Positions 60,530 through 64,000 of a stretch of DNA of 64,000 bases are shown here, piece after piece. Position numbers and translations under genes: made by a program. Position 1 is the stretch's first letter. Each line of letters starts with the position of its first letter. The notes under the pieces are model-generated. The model searched no databases. It was not told the origin of the DNA and worked only from the letters and a program-made list of their open reading frames with translations. The stretch comes from an uncultured bacterium (GTDB taxonomy: Bacteria; Krumholzibacteriota; Krumholzibacteriia; LZORAL124-64-63): positions 451,831 to 515,830 of the forward strand of contig CAVSGO010000003.1 of the NCBI GenBank assembly GCA_963727525.1. The letters run 5' to 3'.

Positions 60530-61090
60530 TTACTTGCGACTCGGCTTCGTAACCGGCTGACCGCGGTCGATCTCGAACGTCTCGGTGCCGTCCTGCATCT
60601 CGGTGGCGAGACTGGTCGCCGTGCCGGAGATGGTCATAGGGGCAGTGTCGCCCTGGCTGCGATACCGTGTGGCGCCCATGTTATCACGCGCCGCCGTCGT
60701 ATGGTCGCCGGTCCAGAACGGTTTGCCGCCGACGAGCTGGCAACGCTGCTGGGCCATGTCCCGGTTCTCCAGCTGCGCGAGCTGGCCCTGTTTGAACGCC
60801 AGCTGTCGCAGGACATCGGTAATCGGCGTGGCGAGGGGATGCTCGCGGGCGGCCGTCCGCATCGCCGACCAGGGAACGGCAACTCGCTTGGTGCCCAGGT
60901 CCGTCTTTGCATGGTCGACGTTCTCTACCCAGTTCGGACTCCCCATGTCGGGCCTGTGGATCTCATCGAATCCGGGAACACTTTTGCGCTGCGCCTTGGT
61001 GGCGGCGAGTACGATCCGCAACGAGTCCCGCACCGGCCCCTCGCGGTTGATGGTCAGGGCATCCCAGGGAATGGCGTGGACATCGCGCTC
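60530..61090 (-). pseudogene. Remnant of PRC-barrel domain protein
   Basis: HAIPWDAL...ATKAQRKSVPGFD...PDMGSPNW and a second LGTKRVAVPWSAM motif; no credible N-terminus. Confidence 0.45.
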
Positions 61091-61239
61091 TCCAAGCTGG
61101 GGCCTCGGTCGGCGGCGGTTGGAGCCGCCAAGCCGGTGCCGAAGGCGGCACTGGACGACGCGCGCGACCTCCTCAGCGTGCCGGCTTCGGCAACGCGGCG
61201 GCAGGGCAATCTGGCCCCCGAGTTGCTCCTGCGGCGTCG

Positions 61240-62226
61240 ATGAAGACGCCGCCACCCCCAACCGATCCGCCTCGACTCCTGACGCGAGTCCGCGAAGCGA
61301 TCCGCGCCCGCCATTACAGCCGGCGCACCGAACGCGCCTACGTCGGCTGGATCCGACGCTTCGTCCGCTTCCATCAGCTCCGCCATCCCGACGAGATGGG
61401 CGAAGCCGAGGTGACGGCCTTCCTGACCCACCTTGCCACCGACCGCCACGTCGCCGCCGCGACCCAGAACCAGGCGCTGAGCGCGATCCTCTTCCTGTAC
61501 CGCAAGGTGCTGGGCCGTGATCTCGCCTGGCTGGACGAACTGGTCCGTGCCAAGCGCCCCGTGAAGGTGCCGACCGTCCTGAACCGTGGTGAGGTGAAGG
61601 CGCTTCTGTGCGAACTCGACGGCACGCCGTGGCTGGTCGCCTCGCTTCTCTATGGCGCCGGCCTACGGCTGCTCGAGGCGCTCCGCCTCAGGGTGAAGGA
61701 CCTCGAATTCGCGGGCGGCGAGATCACCGTCCGCGATGGCAAGGGCGCCAAGGACCGCATCACGATGCTACCAGAGTCGCTTCGAAGCCCCCTGCAACAC
61801 CACCTCGAGATCGTCCACCGCCAGCACCGGAGCGATCTCGCAAGGGGTCTCGGCACCGTGGCGCTGCCGGACGCCCTCGACCGCAAGTACCCGACCGCCG
61901 CCAGCGATTGGGGCTGGCAATGGGTGTTCCCCGCGACCTCGCACTACCGCGACGACGAAACTGGCCAGCGCCGCCGCCACCATCTGCACGAAACCGTGAT
62001 CCAGCGCGCCGTGAAGGAAGCCGCCCGACGCGCCCGCCTGACGAAACCCGCCACCCCCCACACCCTCCGCCACAGTTTCGCCACTCATCTCCTCGAATCC
62101 GGCTACGACATCCGCACCATCCAGGAACTCCTCGGCCACGCCGACCTCACGACGACGATGATCTACACCCATGTTCTCAATCGCGGCGGCCACGGCGTAA
62201 AAAGCCCCCTCGACCGCGGGGATTGA
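61240..62226 (+). CDS. intI: Integron integrase (tyrosine recombinase)
   Basis: [32 protein letters not shown], integron-specific insert ALDRKYP.A...[33 protein letters not shown]...TTMIYTH. Confidence 0.97.
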   Translation: MKTPPPPTDPPRLLTRVREAIRARHYSRRTERAYVGWIRRFVRFHQLRHPDEMGEAEVTAFLTHLATDRHVAAATQNQALSAILFLYRKVLGRDLAWLDELVRAKRPVKVPTVLNRGEVKALLCELDGTPWLVASLLYGAGLRLLEALRLRVKDLEFAGGEITVRDGKGAKDRITMLPESLRSPLQHHLEIVHRQHRSDLARGLGTVALPDALDRKYPTAASDWGWQWVFPATSHYRDDETGQRRRHHLHETVIQRAVKEAARRARLTKPATPHTLRHSFATHLLESGYDIRTIQELLGHADLTTTMIYTHVLNRGGHGVKSPLDRGD

Positions 62227-62434
62227 CACCAGCCCCTCAATGCTGCAAGATAATGACGGTCTTTGGGATGAGACCACCGACCGCCGAGAAATACCGCCAC
62301 CCAGAACAGCGGAGGTCGCTCCACCACCGATCGCGCCGTCGACACACCCAGGGGACCAACCTCCCAGAGTCGTCCACCATCGACACGATCAACAACACCA
62401 GTCAACCCAAAGCGACAGCATCGAAACTCATCGC

Positions 62435-62594
62435 GCAAGGCGCGCAACTCAGATACGAAGACCGGCCCAACCTCGATACCAAAGACCAGCCATACCCAAT
62501 ACGACTGGTCAGGACGAATTAGATATTCGAGGTCAAGCAAAACCAGATAGACATGGTCAAGACGAACCAAGTAACCGAGGTCAAGCTACTACAC
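62435..62594 (+). repeat. Degenerate 24-bp-period direct repeats leading into attI
   Basis: GGTCA(A/G) at 62507, 62531, 62555 and 62579; weaker in-phase units AGACC(G/A)GC at 62459 and 62483. Confidence 0.75.
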
Positions 62595-62601
62595 GTTAGG
62601 C
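62579..62601 (+). other. Putative attI recombination site (crossover G/TTAGGC at 62595)
   Basis: GTTAGGC core is exactly complementary to GCCTAAC of the first attC; no upstream inverse core or hairpin, so it is not an attC; composition shifts at this point. Confidence 0.75.
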
Positions 62602-62612
62602 GAAGAGAGCAG

Positions 62613-63146
62613 ATGAATATTCGCGGACTATTTCTACTCGGGGCGGCGTTACTTGGGTCTGTTGCGCTGGCAGTAGACTGCGATGTTCCTAGTTATAGCT
62701 GCTATCGCCTCGGCTCACCTGTCCTTCTTCACCTTGAATACGATGGCGGTATCAGCGGATGGGATGGCTGGGTTGTAACTGCTGAAATTTCCGGAGAGCC
62801 GCACTTGCGCACTGCGAATGGCGTTTATCTCTTTCTCGGTCGAGGAACTGGCCCATTTGTGCTTCCCAAGAAGGATCACTATGCGGCATGGGAATGCAAC
62901 CAGGCGCGCCGAGGAGAACTGGTCGCGCCGATAGAAGGTCGCGTCTCAAGTGCATGCTACCAAGTTGCGCTAACCAAGCCGTTCAAGACTATTCTGGACC
63001 TAACGCAGTACTACCAGATCGATAGGCCTGGGATTTATACAGTTTACTGGGGGCATTTCGGACTCTGCGAAAATGAGATCGTATTCGAGGTGTTGCCGTC
63101 TGATCAGATGCTTGGTACAGATGCCGAGGATTTACGTGGACAATAG
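62613..63146 (+). CDS. Integron gene cassette 1: hypothetical secreted protein (possible Ig-like fold)
   Basis: ATG 11 nt after the core site, stop 6 nt before attC; signal peptide; PGIYTV motif; visibly lower GC. Confidence 0.8.
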   Translation: MNIRGLFLLGAALLGSVALAVDCDVPSYSCYRLGSPVLLHLEYDGGISGWDGWVVTAEISGEPHLRTANGVYLFLGRGTGPFVLPKKDHYAAWECNQARRGELVAPIEGRVSSACYQVALTKPFKTILDLTQYYQIDRPGIYTVYWGHFGLCENEIVFEVLPSDQMLGTDAEDLRGQ

Positions 63147-63152
63147 TGAATC

Positions 63153-63251
63153 GCCTAACGAATCGTTCGAGCAGACGGCTCGGCCCTGTCACGTCGCTGG
63201 CATGCGCCAGCGCCGCGCCAGGTCCGCCCGCTGCTCAACGTGACGTTAGAT
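63153..63251 (+). mobile_element. attC site 1 (99 bp)
   Basis: R'' GCCTAAC, 5 nt, L'' GTT[C]GAGCAG[A]CGG ... CCGCTGCTCAAC L', 5 nt, R' GTTAGAT; two extrahelical bases; terminal stem CGCTGGC-atgc-GCCAGCG. Confidence 0.95.
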
Positions 63252-63272
63252 TCCGAAACGGATAATGGATAT

Positions 63273-63932
63273 ATGGACAACGCATCGCGCCTTTTACGCA
63301 TGGTTGATCTCTGGCAAGACCGCTACCGTAACGCGCGAAAGGGTATCCGTGTAACGGATGTATTCGAAAGCTTAGAGTTTCAGGAAAAACAACGCGATCT
63401 AGAGTTGGAAATCAACACGCTCGAAACACTAGGAGAGATGTTTCTAGCGCTCGTCTCCGGAACTGATTGTGGCCAAGGCGCCGTCGAGCAAGCCGCCGCA
63501 GCATCACTATGCTTCGCGCGTCGTCTGTTTCATGTACCAACGCTGAATGATCTTCCGCAGCCGTTTGGGGCTCGACTCTTGGAGGGCTTACACGACACGT
63601 TTTATCTGGGAACCGCTTCTCATCTGATCCTAACAAACCACGCGTTTCGAGCTGACGTCGAGAGCGTTGATCTCGACGCGTTATTCGCAGCTTTTTTACG
63701 GGAGAGTATTTCCGCAGAGCTCAAGGTGGGCGCGTATAATAGATCTGCAAATAACATCCCGCGCGACATTTTTACTGTCCAGTACGCGACAGTTGAGTCT
63801 ATTGTCAAGAACGGACTCGGCGTTGGTTTTTGGAATCGGGGTAAAGTCCGCTCGAACTACTACAATGTATTTTGTGCGGGTATCTTGCTTCCGATGATGG
63901 CGGAGGTAGAGGCGGCTAGATTGAAACGGTAG
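63273..63932 (+). CDS. Integron gene cassette 2: hypothetical (predicted mostly helical) protein
   Basis: ORF lies between R' GTTAGAT (63245) and matching inverse core ATCTAAC (63974); lower GC. Confidence 0.8.
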   Translation: MDNASRLLRMVDLWQDRYRNARKGIRVTDVFESLEFQEKQRDLELEINTLETLGEMFLALVSGTDCGQGAVEQAAAASLCFARRLFHVPTLNDLPQPFGARLLEGLHDTFYLGTASHLILTNHAFRADVESVDLDALFAAFLRESISAELKVGAYNRSANNIPRDIFTVQYATVESIVKNGLGVGFWNRGKVRSNYYNVFCAGILLPMMAEVEAARLKR

Positions 63933-63973
63933 GTGTGTGCCAGAACGCCGGCGCGTCACATAGGCGTAGCGGA

Positions 63974-64000
63974 ATCTAACTGGACGTTGCAGCTGTCGGA
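63974..64000 (+). mobile_element. attC site 2 (left part, truncated by window end)
   Basis: ATCTAAC-tggac-GTTGCAGC; inverse core complementary to GTTAGAT. Confidence 0.85.

Noticed and set aside
61100-61239. Canonical attI or E. coli-type LexA box upstream of intI
   Set aside because: No suitably placed GTTRRRY core leading to a cassette and no CTGT-N8-ACAG motif seen
62435-62594. 24-bp periodic repeats as a CRISPR array
   Set aside because: The conserved part is only ~6-8 nt, the period is too short for repeat plus spacer, and there are no cas genes
1-64000. tRNA, rRNA, prophage or toxin-antitoxin genes
   Set aside because: None recognised by eye; tRNAscan-SE/Infernal would be needed to exclude them formally

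Overview
High-GC bacterial chromosomal segment. Six secreted proteins carry PNPF(N/Q)-type FlgD-Ig/T9SS-like C-terminal domains and one has a 'TWGxIKxLF' tail, which suggests an FCB-related lineage such as Ca. Krumholzibacteriota/Latescibacterota/Eisenbacteria (inference only). Content: secreted hydrolases (GH85 split by a frameshift, two S8 proteases, an alpha/beta hydrolase, an EEP nuclease/phosphatase, GH29, GH3), a glgA-glgE-treS/mak alpha-glucan operon, ClC and SLC12-like transporters, gpmA, a TolC/EmrAB-type pump, a FetAB-like ABC pair, zf-TFIIB/LemA/HtpX, miaB and several internally deleted gene remnants. Two mobile systems stand out. (1) A 1.2 kb IS1/IS1595-like element with 21-bp terminal inverted repeats. 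It has a palindrome just upstream of the transposase start, and a near copy of that palindrome lies 35 kb away. (2) An integron at the right end whose cassette array lies downstream of, and co-oriented with, intI. It has a canonical attC, a second attC cut by the window edge, and a putative attI preceded by a 24-bp-period direct-repeat ladder. No rRNA, tRNA or CRISPR array was recognised. All calls come from reading motifs by eye; no database searches were run.
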